Positions 36,773 through 49,586 are shown, numbered from the stretch's first letter. The stretch: 64,000 nt of DNA from Asterionella formosa (GCA_002256025.1 NKIB01002172.1:62001-126000), one strand, 5' to 3'. Notes: a model not told the origin generated them from the letters alone. Translations and numbers: made by a program.

Positions 36773-37591
36773 TTACTTGTTCGAATAATCTCTTGCACCA
36801 AAAATTGTGCTTCCTACTCGCACATTGGTTGCTCCATGTGCAATGGCTTGTTGAAAATCATCCGACATGCCCATGGAAAGTTCCAACGATGACAACCCTA
36901 GTTCCGAGGCAGTTTCGTCTCGACATGCTCGCAGAACATCAAAGCACTCTAAATCACCTGGAGCGCCAATTGTCATGAGACCCTTGAGATTCAATAAAGG
37001 GCACTCTTCAGTAATTTTTTTACACAAATCCACTACATCAGAAGGCGCAAGGCCGGATTTTGAATCTTCTCCTGATGTGTTGACTTGGACAAAAATGTCC
37101 AATTTTTTCTGGTTGTCATTAGCAGCGCATTCTTCCATGGCCGACTGCAGCTTCTTGGCGAGTTTGAGTGTTGCCACTGTTTCCACTACAAGAGCCGCTG
37201 CGTTTGGAATAACACTACTGACCAATAACTTTGCTTTGTTTGATTGCAGCGGCCCAATGAAATGCCACGTAATATCGTTAGGCATAACCAAGGCCTTTTC
37301 CACTAATTCCTGCACATAATTTTCTCCAAAAACACGTTGTCCTTCTTGGTAGCACTCCATGAGTAGTTCCTTTGGTTTCGTTTTGCTCACAGCCACAAGT
37401 CTTACATCTGAGTCGCTTGTACGAAGGATCTTGTCTCGAACCTCTTTGAGGTTTGCAGCAATGTCTGACACCATGTGCAGATGTGTAGTTGATGATATTG
37501 TCCGCCTGCCTATGCGAAATCCAATCAAGGGATGACGAGAGCTGCCAGAGGTAGCCAAGTAAAATGCAAGCGCTTGGGCTGACCTCACCAT
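36773..37591 (-). CDS. PLPBP: Pyridoxal-phosphate homeostasis protein (YggS/PROSC) with N-terminal targeting peptide
   Basis: LVAVSKTKP, FGENYVQE, WHFIGPLQSNK, QVNTSGEDSKSG, GLMTIG, LSMGMSDD, VRVGSTIFGAR. Confidence 0.96.
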   Translation of the reverse strand: MVRSAQALAFYLATSGSSRHPLIGFRIGRRTISSTTHLHMVSDIAANLKEVRDKILRTSDSDVRLVAVSKTKPKELLMECYQEGQRVFGENYVQELVEKALVMPNDITWHFIGPLQSNKAKLLVSSVIPNAAALVVETVATLKLAKKLQSAMEECAANDNQKKLDIFVQVNTSGEDSKSGLAPSDVVDLCKKITEECPLLNLKGLMTIGAPGDLECFDVLRACRDETASELGLSSLELSMGMSDDFQQAIAHGATNVRVGSTIFGARDYSNK

Positions 37592-39354
37592 GGCTTTCGT
37601 CCTAATTGTGGGAACGAGAATCCTCGTATCACATGAACATTCAGTATCTCATTGGAGTATGAACATGCTGACTGAGCGAGCGCCGGTACCGTACATGATT
37701 GTTTGGAAGAATGACGTCATCTTGACTCCTACATACTTTACCCTACTTTATGTGGTATATACCGCTATGCCCGACCGGTAGTACTGGGTTTCAGCAATTC
37801 GCGAATCGCTGCGCGTTTTCGGGAGGACCAGTCGATTACCCGGTATCATCTTCAAATAAAATATAGTAGCAACAGCATGCAAAAACTGCTTGTTGTCGAG
37901 TCTTGCTCACATTCTTTCCGGTGCACTTCATCCATATCGACGAGAAAGGAATCCAATAAAGAGGGGAGCATGCACTTTCACGAATTGATTGGAGGCCGAA
38001 TGATGAAACATCATGGGGCGACATTCCTTGCTATTTTTATGACTGGGAAACAAACCACCCGATGAAGCAGATTCTTGCGACTATGAACACGTCCAATTTG
38101 CCAGCGCTCACAACTAATGTACTACCTTGCCGGAACTTGATAATGTGCGAAACTGATTTTTACTGATCAGATAACTCCTATCTCGACGCATGCTTTGATC
38201 TGTTGTTGTGGCTCTCATTTTTATCTTGAACTTGATCATTTTATGGTACGTGCAAATCAAAATTTTGTTGTATCTTTCAGTTTGCGTTGCCGTGAAGAAT
38301 ACTTTTCCAAAAATATCATAGTAGATAAGGACATCAGAATTTTTTGATTGACAAACATAAGGGGTTTATCTGAAGCAGCATGGAGTTCTCTTTTTCATTT
38401 GTATTGTTGATTTTTTTGAAATTTTCTATTAACAACTTGATCCTTCTTTCCTTCTTTTTATTCCGTCGTCGTAGCAAGTACCATGCATGCAACGGGTTGA
38501 AACGATTCTATCTTTTTCTCGCTATTTGGTTAAATGGAAGAAGCGGTAATCATCATATCAGATGGTGAACCTGGTTAAGAATAGGTGGTGGCGACTCGAA
38601 TCTCACGTTGTGCTCGTGGGCGGACACTTAGAATCCTTGTAGACTACAAGCCCTTTCATTTTCATTTGCTGTTAGCGAGACTCATAGTGGTGGCTAGGAC
38701 GTTGATTGGATGTATTGTTCATAAATATTGAGAGAGAGCGAGAGAGATCTGTCTCACATGTTGGATGGCATAGTGACAACTAATTTTTGTTGTCTGGACT
38801 ATTACCGGTACATAGACCACATTTTACATTTACATCTCAGTATGTAGTGGGAAATCTGGAAAGCTCATGAGAATTCAGAGCTTGTCATACATACAATTTA
38901 TGCTCTGAAAATTTATTTTTGTATCATTTTATTTATTTATATAATATACTGTTAGCGTTACATAGGTGTCCTCTGGATATATGCCGGTGTCGTTGGCGCC
39001 ATCTGCACAAACACAGGGGGGTGCGCGATTGGCGGAATGGAAAAACAGCAGCTGTTTTCAAACCACGACCGCCTGTTTTTTGATGATTTTTGAAATCTGT
39101 TCTTCTGTTCATGCCAATTTTCATATATCTACCGGTATGTACTGTAAGTTCAGTCACAACATTTGATGTAGTTGTTCATTTTTCAAGTATGCATTTACCG
39201 GTATTCTTATATAAAAAATTCTAAAAATAAGAGTATTCGATAAAATACAAACCATCATTCCCCTTGACTGCAACTTCCGACACTACCGGTAGTCTATCTG
39301 CTTGCCTATTAAAGCATCACACAATCCGCCATTAGAAAACAACGAAGCATAACA

Positions 39355-39942
39355 ATGAAAGGATCTTCCCGTGTCATGTTGCTGCTAGCTGTTAACAGCA
39401 GTAGTGAAGCATGGACGACTCCAGGAAAAATGAAAATGAAGTATCCTTCCATCCACGGCCAGTCATCATCATCATCTCGTGGTCGCTCCATCACTCAGCG
39501 GGCACCATTACAAGCCAAAGCGGACAACAGTATGGACACACCAGGCAGTGGTGGGACCTTTTATAATGACGACGATTGTATGGATCTCTGTGAATTTGAT
39601 CCTGACGTTGAAATGTATCAAGTCACAGAAGACAACAACGTCCCGCTGGAGTTGGATCCTGATACAGCCCGCATCCGACTTCAGATGCAATGGGAGCTTT
39701 GGGAAAACCAAGAAGATTGTGATTTGGAAGATGTACGAACATGTGGATCACCATGTACTACCTGTCGAGGTGGAGGGCACACTGTGTGTCGATTTTGTAT
39801 GGGTACCAAGGTAGTGTCGCTGTTGCAGTCGCATTCCAAATGCCCCGTATGTAATGTCCGTGGAGAAGAGGTGTGCAAATCATGTCGAGGGAGTGGGTGG
39901 GTTGCACCCTGGGTATCGTTGGCGAATTTTCCAAAGAAATAG
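39355..39942 (+). CDS. DnaJ-type zinc-finger protein without J domain, probably plastid-targeted
   Basis: Four CxxCxGxG-type repeats: CTTCRGGG, CRFCMGTK, CPVCNVRG, CKSCRGSG. Presequence ends SEA|WTTP. Confidence 0.8.
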   Translation: MKGSSRVMLLLAVNSSSEAWTTPGKMKMKYPSIHGQSSSSSRGRSITQRAPLQAKADNSMDTPGSGGTFYNDDDCMDLCEFDPDVEMYQVTEDNNVPLELDPDTARIRLQMQWELWENQEDCDLEDVRTCGSPCTTCRGGGHTVCRFCMGTKVVSLLQSHSKCPVCNVRGEEVCKSCRGSGWVAPWVSLANFPKK

Positions 39943-40556
39943 CCACACAAGTCCTGTCCGCCAGGATGTGAGGATTCACAACAAAACCCTGCGCCTATAT
40001 CCATGTAGACCATAGCAAATAGATCAATCATTATTGTCTAATGACAAGACATCAATTGATCCTACTACAGAGTTGGGTTACAGATAGAAACTCTTTTTAA
40101 AAGAAGCCATTACGTTTTGAACAAGCAATATATTATTAGATTTACTAGGATCTGTGTCCTTTGCTGCTGCACTTCAATGATCCTCGTTGGTAATCGTAAG
40201 TAATAAGGAAGCAAGTAGAGTGCACACATGTTTATACCTTTTTTGACCACCCCATCAACCATGTGCTGACAAAGGATTGATAGTACATGGAAAGAAGTAT
40301 TTTCGTTGTTCCTGGTACAATGATGTGAGGATGTGGATATTGGTCTCTTGTTGAAAAACGTCAAGTCCTGCCACGAGCTCTAATCCCTTTTTTTGTAAGA
40401 GAAAACTCCGGCCAAGCCAACCACAGAAGCAAAGTTGCGTCTTTCACGACACGCACACAGCATGAGGCATGACATTTGCTTCTTTCGCCAAGAAAGCTAC
40501 CAACGAAAAGAGTCCATGACATGGCGGATCCATGCTGAAAGAATAGACCATCAGAC

Positions 40557-42143
40557 ATGTGCGGTATTGACCTCATAGTTGGTGCAACAATCAACACTAT
40601 CGAACAACAACAACGCACTGACTTTATCTCCCGCCGAGGGCCTGATTCGTATCATACCATAACGACCCCATCACTCCTCTTGACTGGCAGTGTCCTTCAT
40701 TTACGAGGTTCTACTTGTGTGGAACAACCAGTGGATATTGGAGATGGATGTTACTTTTGTTGGAATGGTGAATTATATAGTGACGATGATGAGCAGGATG
40801 ACAGCGGCAGTGACACTCTCATTGTGGCTCAATTGATCACTAATGCGCTCAACGAATCGAAAATTTTCAACAATAAACAACAACAACACCAGCACCTGGC
40901 CGATGCATTATCCACCTTGCAAAATGCAGAATACAGTATGGTACTCACAACACAAGATGCCATTTACTATGCCAGAGATATCTTTGGCCGAAGATCACTA
41001 TTGTCATTCCAAGATGAAACTACATTTCGATTATCATCTGTTGGAACATCAACGGATTGGATTGAAGTACCTCCTGGAAAGCTATTTTGTTTTCCACTTT
41101 TGCCTAATTATGAGATTGTACTGACTGAACGTGATATTGTACTTCAAGCACCACTACTTTGTTTGGTACCAACAATCCCACAACCACCCCGCCCACCCGA
41201 TTGTTCCGAAACCATGTGGCAAGCATCAATCCATCTTGAATACTTATTAAAACAAGCAGTCGAACGGCGTCTTGTCTGTTCATGTCATCCATCAGATCAA
41301 CCGATTGGGATTTTATTTTCAGGGGGGATTGATTCCGTCGTTTTAGCTGCCATGGTATGTGCCAGTGCAAATACTAAGAACAGAGCAGTGGAGCTTTATA
41401 ACATTTCGTTTGGGCAAAAGTCCAAGGACCGACTAGCAGCACTTGCATCCTATGAGAATTTAAAAGAATTGTATCCCGATACAAACCTTTGTCTTTATTG
41501 TGTTGATAAAACATGGGATGATATTCAAAGTATTGAACATCGAATCCAAGTTCTCTTGTATCCAAAGGCTTCTGTCATGGATATGAATATTGGTTGCGCC
41601 TTGTGGTTTGCCGCTGGTGCTGGTACTTCTGGCGGCCGCATACTACTAGTAGGTATGGGTGCCGACGAACAATTGGGTGGATATACAAGACATTGTGTTG
41701 CGGCCAAGAAAGGAACGTTACGCCAGGAACTCGAGTACGATATGAATCGATTATGGGAACGTAATTTAGGAAGAGACGATCGATTGCTTTCGGATCATGG
41801 GAAGGAAGGAAGATTTCCTTTTTTAGATTGCAATGTTGTACACTTTTTGAAGCAATTGCCCGTGGAGGACATTTGTGACTTTTCTTTGCCACCAGGTCAA
41901 GGTGACAAACGAATCTTGCGAATGGTTGCTCGACGCAATGGTCTTGTGGCGTGTTCGGCATTGGTCAAACGGGCCATTCAATTCGGTTCTAGAATATCAC
42001 ATGTTAGTGACGCACAACGATTTGGAAGTCGTCGGCAAGCTAAAGGGGAAAAACGATATGATGTAGGAAAAAAGGAAAGGGATGGTGGACAGCGAGTGAC
42101 AGTTCATGGAGATGGTACAGTGGTTGTTCATGATAGCAAGTAG
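40557..42143 (+). CDS. ASNSD1: Asparagine synthetase domain-containing protein 1
   Basis: MCGI Ntn start, RRGPD, WNGE, RDIFGRRSLL, LFSGGIDS, GMGADEQLGGY, RNLGRDDR, KRAIQFGSR. Confidence 0.92.
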   Translation: MCGIDLIVGATINTIEQQQRTDFISRRGPDSYHTITTPSLLLTGSVLHLRGSTCVEQPVDIGDGCYFCWNGELYSDDDEQDDSGSDTLIVAQLITNALNESKIFNNKQQQHQHLADALSTLQNAEYSMVLTTQDAIYYARDIFGRRSLLSFQDETTFRLSSVGTSTDWIEVPPGKLFCFPLLPNYEIVLTERDIVLQAPLLCLVPTIPQPPRPPDCSETMWQASIHLEYLLKQAVERRLVCSCHPSDQPIGILFSGGIDSVVLAAMVCASANTKNRAVELYNISFGQKSKDRLAALASYENLKELYPDTNLCLYCVDKTWDDIQSIEHRIQVLLYPKASVMDMNIGCALWFAAGAGTSGGRILLVGMGADEQLGGYTRHCVAAKKGTLRQELEYDMNRLWERNLGRDDRLLSDHGKEGRFPFLDCNVVHFLKQLPVEDICDFSLPPGQGDKRILRMVARRNGLVACSALVKRAIQFGSRISHVSDAQRFGSRRQAKGEKRYDVGKKERDGGQRVTVHGDGTVVVHDSK

Positions 42144-42876
42144 TCAATGCTCCTTCAACTCTTGCATACCATGGCAATATAGGAAGTGCCAAGTCGGCCT
42201 TCTGCTGTTCGCACCTTATTGGATTTCTCGGGATTGTCATTTGTCAACATTGGAAGAGTTGGAGTACCAAGAAGAATTTCTTCTTTGAATGCCCCTCATG
42301 AGGACTAGAAGATTTCTGCCGAATGTCTAGAATTTGGCCTACCACTATATAATATAGGTCTGAGTGTGCCTCACTCAAGTTGATGAAAGTAGTTGAACTG
42401 TGGAACTCATTTCTCTGGTTGGAGAATACTACCTATGTATTCGCACACTCTACACATGATGCAAAGAGAAATTGTATCTGGTATAATCATCTTTCTTCTG
42501 GGTTTGTGAAGCAAATACTGTATTATATACCGGTACCCGGTACATGAAATAGGTATACCGGTACATAATGGCGGTTCCTGGTACCAGTAGCACTGCTAAC
42601 AAATAAAATCTGTACATACATATAATGTGACGTAAGAATTATTTCGTATGTACACACGTCTATTCTGTGGTGTATGTACCGGAGTATGATAATTAGAAAT
42701 AACCTTCATCATCGCGTCGTCCGATCCTCATACTTGAATATATTCCTTCAAATTTCTAGATCTACGTATGTCTTTATTTTCGTATGTATAACATAGTAGG
42801 TGTTGTTTCTCACTTGACCTGCCTTTTTTTATTTTTTGCTGTCAAAGTGTTGTCTCGTCTCATCATCGCAACGACG

Positions 42877-45134
42877 ATGGTGATGATGACAACGTCTCAT
42901 TTGCTAGCCCTTCTGGCACTTTGTGCGGAAGCCACAAGCTTTGCTCCTCATCCAGCCTTTACAACGCCTCGATGCAGTCCATCAAGTTCGCAGTTACACG
43001 TTGCTGCCGCTTCCGTCGGGGCCGTCACGACGGAAAACTTGAATCTGTTGTCGGAACGAGGTCGGGACGCCATTCTATCGCTGATTCAGAATGATCCTCA
43101 CGGAGCTCAAGTGCATGTTTACGGAGGGTGGCCCCAAGCAGGTGTGGAAGATGAAGGAAAGAAGCAATTGGCAGATCAAGTAAGTGGCAAGAGTTTTAGG
43201 TATTACATTTGGACTAAATGGAACGAGTCCAAATACCCGGTTTGCTACATACTGAAGCGAGGCGGACATGGGAATCACGGGGGGAAACCTTGATAGATTG
43301 GACAATCATCTGATGGTTGTTATAAACGTCTAACCCATGTTTCCATATCGCTCCCTTCCTGCCAGCTAGCTGACTTGGACGCCAGTTACCCTGGTGGCCT
43401 CAATGCCTACCTCACCAAGGCCAAGTGGCTCCTCAAAGAGTCCGCTGACGGCCTCAACCCCTTTTCAGAATTTGAAGCACTAGTTCCACATGGTGAAAGT
43501 CTGGACTACGAAACAACGAACTATGCCGAACTAGAAGCCTTGGGCAAGACTGTCATGAAGGATTGTGTCTTCGTCTTGGTCGCGGGCGGGCTAGGTGAAC
43601 GATTGGGGTATTCTGGAATTAAGGTATCCTTGGAAAGTGATTTATTATCACAAGACACGTACTTGGAAACTTATGTCAACTACATTCGAGCCATGCAAGA
43701 CGTGGTCAAGGAAGAAACTGGAGAGACTGTCAACATTCCCCTCATCATTATGACAAGTGGTGATACCGACCCATTGACGCGAAAACTTTTGGCAGAACAC
43801 AATAATTACGGCATGGACATTCGAGTGGTAGTTCAAGACAAGGTACCCGCCTTAAAGGATGGACAAGCAGGCTTGGCTATGGATAATAAGTGGCAAGTGC
43901 AGACAAAACCGCATGGACATGGTGATGTCCATCATTTGTTATTGAGAGAGGGAATTGTGGATGAGTGGGTGACTCAAAAGAAAAAGTATGTATGTTTTTT
44001 GCAAGATACCAATGCCTTGGTGATTAATTCTATTTTGTCGACACTCGGTGTGTCTGTCAAGAATCGATTTGATATGAATAGTATCTGTATTCCGAGATTG
44101 GCAGGAGAGGCGGCTGGTGCAATTGCTAGATTGGAGTGAGTTTACGCGTTGTGTGACAGGTTGCACGTATCTGTTTTGCTGGAAAGCCTTTATCTTACAC
44201 GAAATTTTTCAGACACAAGACAGACCCTGAAAAATCCTTGACGATTAATGTGGAATACAACCAGCTCGACCCCCTACTTCGTACACAAGGCGATTGCTTA
44301 GGAGATGTCGCCGACCCCGCCACTGGGTATTCTCCATTTCCCGGCAATGCCAATAATTTTGTTATTGAAATGGGTGCGTACGCCAAAACATTGGCCGGTA
44401 AGGACCAAGGTGTCGTAGTGGAGTTTGTCAACCCAAAGTACAACGATGATACCCGAACAGAGTTTAAAAAGCCAACGCGGCTAGAATGTATGATGCAAGA
44501 TATTCCAAAACTTTTCCAGAAGGAGATTGGTAAGAATGCAAAGATTGGATTTACCATGTACCCACGCTGGATCACCTTTTCGCCAGCCAAGAATGCGCTC
44601 GAAGAAGGCGTCAGTGCCGTCAAAAAGGGCTCGACAGCACCAGGTACCATGTCATCGGCCGAGTCGGATAAATATATTCAAAATCAGCGCAAGCTAAAGT
44701 ATGCCGGTGTCGATTTGCACCCTTCAACGCCTGACGACTTGGTGCCTGTGGGGGGCATTCCACTTACTCCAGGCCCACGTGTGCATTTGAGTTCATCCTT
44801 TAGCTTGACGCAACAAGACGTCATGACAAAGGTGACCGGTGGCAAGATTTCGGTTAGATCTAGCTTGATAGTAGATGGTGCTCACATTCAGCTGAGGAAT
44901 CTGGACTTGGATGGGGCCTTGGTGATCAAGGCTGCGAATGGATGTGATGTCCTTGTCGATGGATTAAAGGTTCAGAACAAAGGTTGGACGTTTGAAGAAC
45001 TGGAAGGAGAGCATCCTGAGCCTGTTGCTATTCGAGGTTACACTCTTGTCAAACATGAAACAGCCGAGTACATTATTAATGAACCCGGCAAATATGTCAT
45101 CGGTGAAGACGGAGTAGTGACGAAGGTGGATTGA
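42877..45134 (+). CDS. USP: UDP-sugar pyrophosphorylase with bipartite plastid presequence; exons 42877-43179, 43366-44135, 44213-45134
   Basis: GT-AG introns 43180-43365 and 44136-44212 restore the frame. LVAGGLGERLGYSGIK, KPHGHGDVH, FLQDTN, NVEYNQLDP, FPGN, RLECMMQD. Presequence ATS|FAP. Confidence 0.93.
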
Positions 45135-45548
45135 TTTGTTCGGCATAAAGTGCTAATAATACATTATGATTATATTTGTGCACATAATTTCATAGACTAA
45201 TCTGCTCGTGGTACACAAGCTAGTACTTTCTATGCAGGTATGATGAATAAGTATGAGTAAGCTTAAGGCACAGAATCATGACTATCAACAGAATCTACAT
45301 CGGGTACCTGGTACCCTCGCCCATGCGCACCTAGTGAGAAAGCAAGAAATTCAAGTGCTCTCTTATCAATTGTTGAAACTCTGTGTTTTCATCAACCCCC
45401 TGCGTGTTGTCCACTTTCATGGACTTGTAGTAAAGAAATATTGACCAGCAATATATTCGATCCCGTCTCAATTGGTGAACGTATAGTTCGGAACACGTCA
45501 AATCACGGAAATGTTAACGACTTGTCATGCTATCTTACTTCAAGCGCA

Positions 45549-46319
45549 TCATGGCGGATTCAATGGATCATTTTTAGGTGCGATAGCAATAGGATGTGGA
45601 TGCTCTCTCATGCAAGCAAACGGTTGCACCCACTTGCCGTCTGTGTATCCACCATCGGGGCCAACTAGCTCCCCAATCATATTGCTGTCCAGGGCCAGTA
45701 GCTCGTCAACTCGAATGACAATCTCATCCGCACCCGTGGTGTTTGTAACAATAGCCTCATCCCACGTCAGTTCTTGAATAACAAGATCTCTAACCCCCAT
45801 GAGCTTCTGCGCCACCTTGGCCCGCATCCAATAGCCTGGTTCGACGACGTGGACCCCGTATGTGTCCAGAACCACAACGTTAACTAGAGAGTACGGTTGT
45901 CTGTGCTCATTGTTATATCCCCGTTGAAGTTTCATGTTGATTCGTATCGCTCTGTTTGTTTTTTTGGCCACCAAGCTCAGTGCTTGGAGGATCTTGTTTA
46001 TGTTGTACTTATCGGGTTCGAGTTCCACATCCGTGGTGACAGTGGCCTGGAGGTAATACTCCCTCTCCTTCGCGCCAAACATGCAAGCGGTGGCGAAGTG
46101 ATGCTGCAGCTTTCTTCGATCAAAATCTTGTTCGTCTTTCAGGCTAACACATGTTCTATGATCTGGATCGAAGAAACGAAGTTGCCGACTACCTCGACTT
46201 AATCTAGTATGAATGGTGAAAATGTGAGGGTCGTAGCGGCGGATCGAAAATAAGAATATTGAGGCGGTCGTAAGGGCCATCAGCGTCCTAACCTTGTATC
46301 GCCGTCGTTGAGAATCCAT
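45549..46319 (-). CDS. Hypothetical type II membrane protein (possibly C-terminally disrupted)
   Basis: 256-aa ORF with a basic N-terminus and one TM segment; CpG-rich like intact genes; no domain recognised. Confidence 0.5.
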   Translation of the reverse strand: MDSQRRRYKVRTLMALTTASIFLFSIRRYDPHIFTIHTRLSRGSRQLRFFDPDHRTCVSLKDEQDFDRRKLQHHFATACMFGAKEREYYLQATVTTDVELEPDKYNINKILQALSLVAKKTNRAIRINMKLQRGYNNEHRQPYSLVNVVVLDTYGVHVVEPGYWMRAKVAQKLMGVRDLVIQELTWDEAIVTNTTGADEIVIRVDELLALDSNMIGELVGPDGGYTDGKWVQPFACMREHPHPIAIAPKNDPLNPP

Positions 46320-46642
46320 TTCTTCGTGTTACTTTGTTCGAGAATGCCAGTAAAATCTCAAGAAAAAGTACGTCTGGCGTGAGAAACAGAAATAAAAAAG
46401 TCGTCAATATTTTTGTCTTCATAATTATGTGAGACACCTAAATATTATGTTCATGTTTCATATACCCGCTATGCAGACCGGCTTTTTCACCATGTACGAC
46501 ATTTGATGGTTGATTTCGTCCAGCATTGGTCGCGGGCACGCGACCATATCGTGAAGGCAACAAACGCCCGAACGAGGGTGACTCATGCCTATGTATGTAC
46601 GGGTACAGTATTACAAATGCAACCGTCGGCTTAGTACACAGA

Positions 46643-46735
46643 TAGTCAAACCTTTGTATTTTCCGGTAGGTTTTAGCCTGTTTTTCGAAATAGGTAAAAC
46701 TTCTTCTTCGAGCCTGTCAACAAATGCCTATGTAC
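46643..46735 (-). repeat. Dispersed repeat, inverted partner of 10892-11008
   Basis: Reverse complement matches 10892-11008 with an internal gap of about 24 bp. Confidence 0.75.
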
Positions 46736-46989
46736 AATTATTATAGCTGCTTCCGGAAGAAAGAGAAGGCACGAAAATGAAAAAAAACTGGAGTGAGATT
46801 CTGGAGGACAAAGATGTGCTTCAATATCCGGTTTGCTGGGGGTACCTCCCTCATTTGGTTGTAAATAATTGCGGCAATTGTTAAAATTTCTCAGGGGCAA
46901 TTTTGATTCCTATTATTTTCTCCGGCTCAATTGCCCTAATCTGCAAAATCATTTAAGCTACAGATGCATGTATATTATATAGTATCATG

Positions 46990-49300
46990 TAAGGCTGCTT
47001 TATAGTGGCCAAGATGCCTTCCACTTGGTGATGTTGATGTAGATTCTTTCCAAATCTCTTATTCCTTTCCTGATGTCTTCAATTTGAATTTCTGTGGATT
47101 TTGGTAGTCCCTTTGAGTTCTTTGGAGATCGCCATAGCTGCAACAAATTCTCTGACTCCCACCAGGAAGCACTCTTTGTCTGTGTTTTCAAATAATGTTC
47201 CTTCCAGATTTGGTCTACTGCTGTGTTGTCAATCCATTAAATCCTAGTAACGCCTGCATTGGACCATGTCCGAATTGTGTGACGGATGCTTTCCAATAGT
47301 GCTTATGACGGATTGCCTTCTCTAGCCTTTCTGCCTCGAATTCTGTAGACCAGGTTGTTACATCCCCATCCAATGTGATCATTGGAACTAATACTTTTGC
47401 TATTGTTCCCCCAACTCTTGGATTGAAAATCCTTTTCAATCATTGGAACACATCTCTTGACTTTTCTGTGTGCTATATTGATTGGAACCTTTTTCTTTCC
47501 TTCTTCCTGGACTCTATTGACAAGTATCCCTCAAGTTTTAGTAGTTGAGCATTTGCTCAAAATTGCTGCAATGCCTTGTGGTGTAGTAGTCCCTATTTCT
47601 TCATTTGCGTCCATCATTAAAAGGATTTCTCTCCCTTGTGTTTGTAGTTCTTTCATGAATTGAATATCTTTGATGAATTGTCATCATGGGTTTGGATGTT
47701 TTATTCCCTTTTTGACATTGCCATGTGTTGTTGATGGTATGAAGTGCCTTCCCCATGTTGAGGTGTGGATCCTTGTGACACTCAGCTCTGTATACCATGA
47801 TAATTATTATTTCTGTGCTGATGTTCTTTCCCTTCAGATTCATGTAGCTCCACCTGCCCATTCCAGTCGGATCGGTTCCAGCTTCTTTCTCCGCTCATCC
47901 GCACCATTTGCCTAGTAACGCCATGGCTGTGCCTCCAGCCAGGCTTGTTGTACTAGTCGGAGACTGATGGGATATCGCTTATAGAAAACTCGCATTTGGA
48001 TATGTTCAAGGCTTGATTTTGTAGTCCTGGTTCCGATTGCCTTCATATCTTCTGGGGACGCCGTCGTGTTGTGTAATTCTTTTGGTTGCTGCCGCTACTT
48101 GCTTTTGAGGTTGTGTATAATTCCTCAATGTTTGACTCTGACTCCAGCGAAGTTGCCTTTGTTGAGTTTTCTGACTGCTCTCTACCCTTCTTTGACATGT
48201 GTATGCTGCCTGAGCTCGCTAGAAGTCTATCTAGGTCTTGGATTATAAGACTAATTTCCGAGAGTGTGGGGGTGTTTGTCTCACTTGCTTGGTTTCGAAG
48301 ATCCGATATTGAAGAGGATGCTGTGCATGAAACTTGCTTAGCTGGCTGGTTGGCACCGCGGAATCGATATCCTATTAGTGCATCGACGCTTTTCTTCATA
48401 GCTAGTGACTATTTCCTGATGCATTGTTTTCATTTCATGATCATATATTGCCTGTTTTTCTGCCCACTCTTTTAGTAGTCTAGTACATTGCCATTGCAGT
48501 GGATTCGTTGGAAGTACTTTCGAGGATGAGAGGCGATTTTTTTCTTGAAGAATTTGGTTGCAAACCAAAGTACTACAGCAGTGTTGGTGATGTCTTTGGT
48601 GTAGTTGCGTCTTAGCCCATGAAACATTACATAGAATGGACGGATTGGTTGGTTGCCATTTTCAGGATCATTGTCAAAAGAAGCAAGTGAGCTCAAGGTT
48701 TCATACTGCCTCGCTCGACAAGGGATCATTCAAAAAACCTTGATTCAAGCAAGAATGATGGTAAGTGACTTGGGTTTATTTGATTGGTGTGTTGTGCGAC
48801 AGGTTTCTAATAGAATATTTTTGTTTTGATGATCCGAAAACATTATTGCTAAATAGAATTGCATTGGCATAGTCTTTGGCAGTTGAGTGCGACATTGAAA
48901 TCCGGGAATCAGCATGATCAGCATGAGGAGCAATGATGGAAGCAAGGTAACAAGTACCTTGAATCGGAATCAAATGTGCTAGTAGTACTATTGCAATCAT
49001 CACAGTCACGGGTTATTTCTACAACATTGGAAGAGTCCAAAACTGTAGATAGCTACATTGCTTTAGTAGGGTCTTTGAAGCTGACAATGACCGGAAAGAA
49101 AACAATGCGACTGTGAGTGATTGCATCATCAATGATAGAATCAAAATGGAAGCACAATTATGCAACAATCAACAACAATCGCACCTTTCTACTTCTTCAT
49201 CGTTTCCATCAATGGCTACTTCGGGAATATTTGCAGCGTTTGCAACAACCTCATTCCGTTCCAAAAAACTAAAGAATGTAATGAACTGAATATGTTAGGA
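46990..49300 (-). mobile_element. Degenerate LINE-type retrotransposon (ORF1 remnants, APE endonuclease, start of RT), 3'-truncated
   Basis: Frameshifted GGTAMA, GRWSY...IIMVYR (APE-like), FGHGPMQALLGFNGLT and IWKESTSTSPSGRHLGHYK (pre-RT motif). Upstream boundary uncertain. Confidence 0.75.
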
Positions 49301-49586
49301 TGAAATCGACAATTCGGTCAGCCTGCCTGGGCGGAAGCACACAACAATCATCAACATACTATCCAAGCTTCTTTTTCCTTTCTAGTGCACACATTGCCAA
49401 TGCAGCAGGCCAGTCATAGTCTTGCTGCTCTTTGCGCTTAGCAGTCTTCATGACTGTTCTTTGAGAGCGCCGGCTTCTAGTTCCCGTTATCATTGTAGAA
49501 TAGTAATCAGTATGTTAGAATCGTAATAACATTGAATTAAAACAGAGCAACTATGTATTTTAGAGCATCAGCATAAAAAGCACTCT

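Noticed and set aside
37792..37811. Near-perfect 20-bp palindrome CAGCAATTCGCGAATCGCTG upstream of PLPBP
   Set aside because: Single instance with no independent support for a regulatory role.
38583..38653. Functional tRNA gene
   Set aside because: Acceptor and anticodon stems do not pair.
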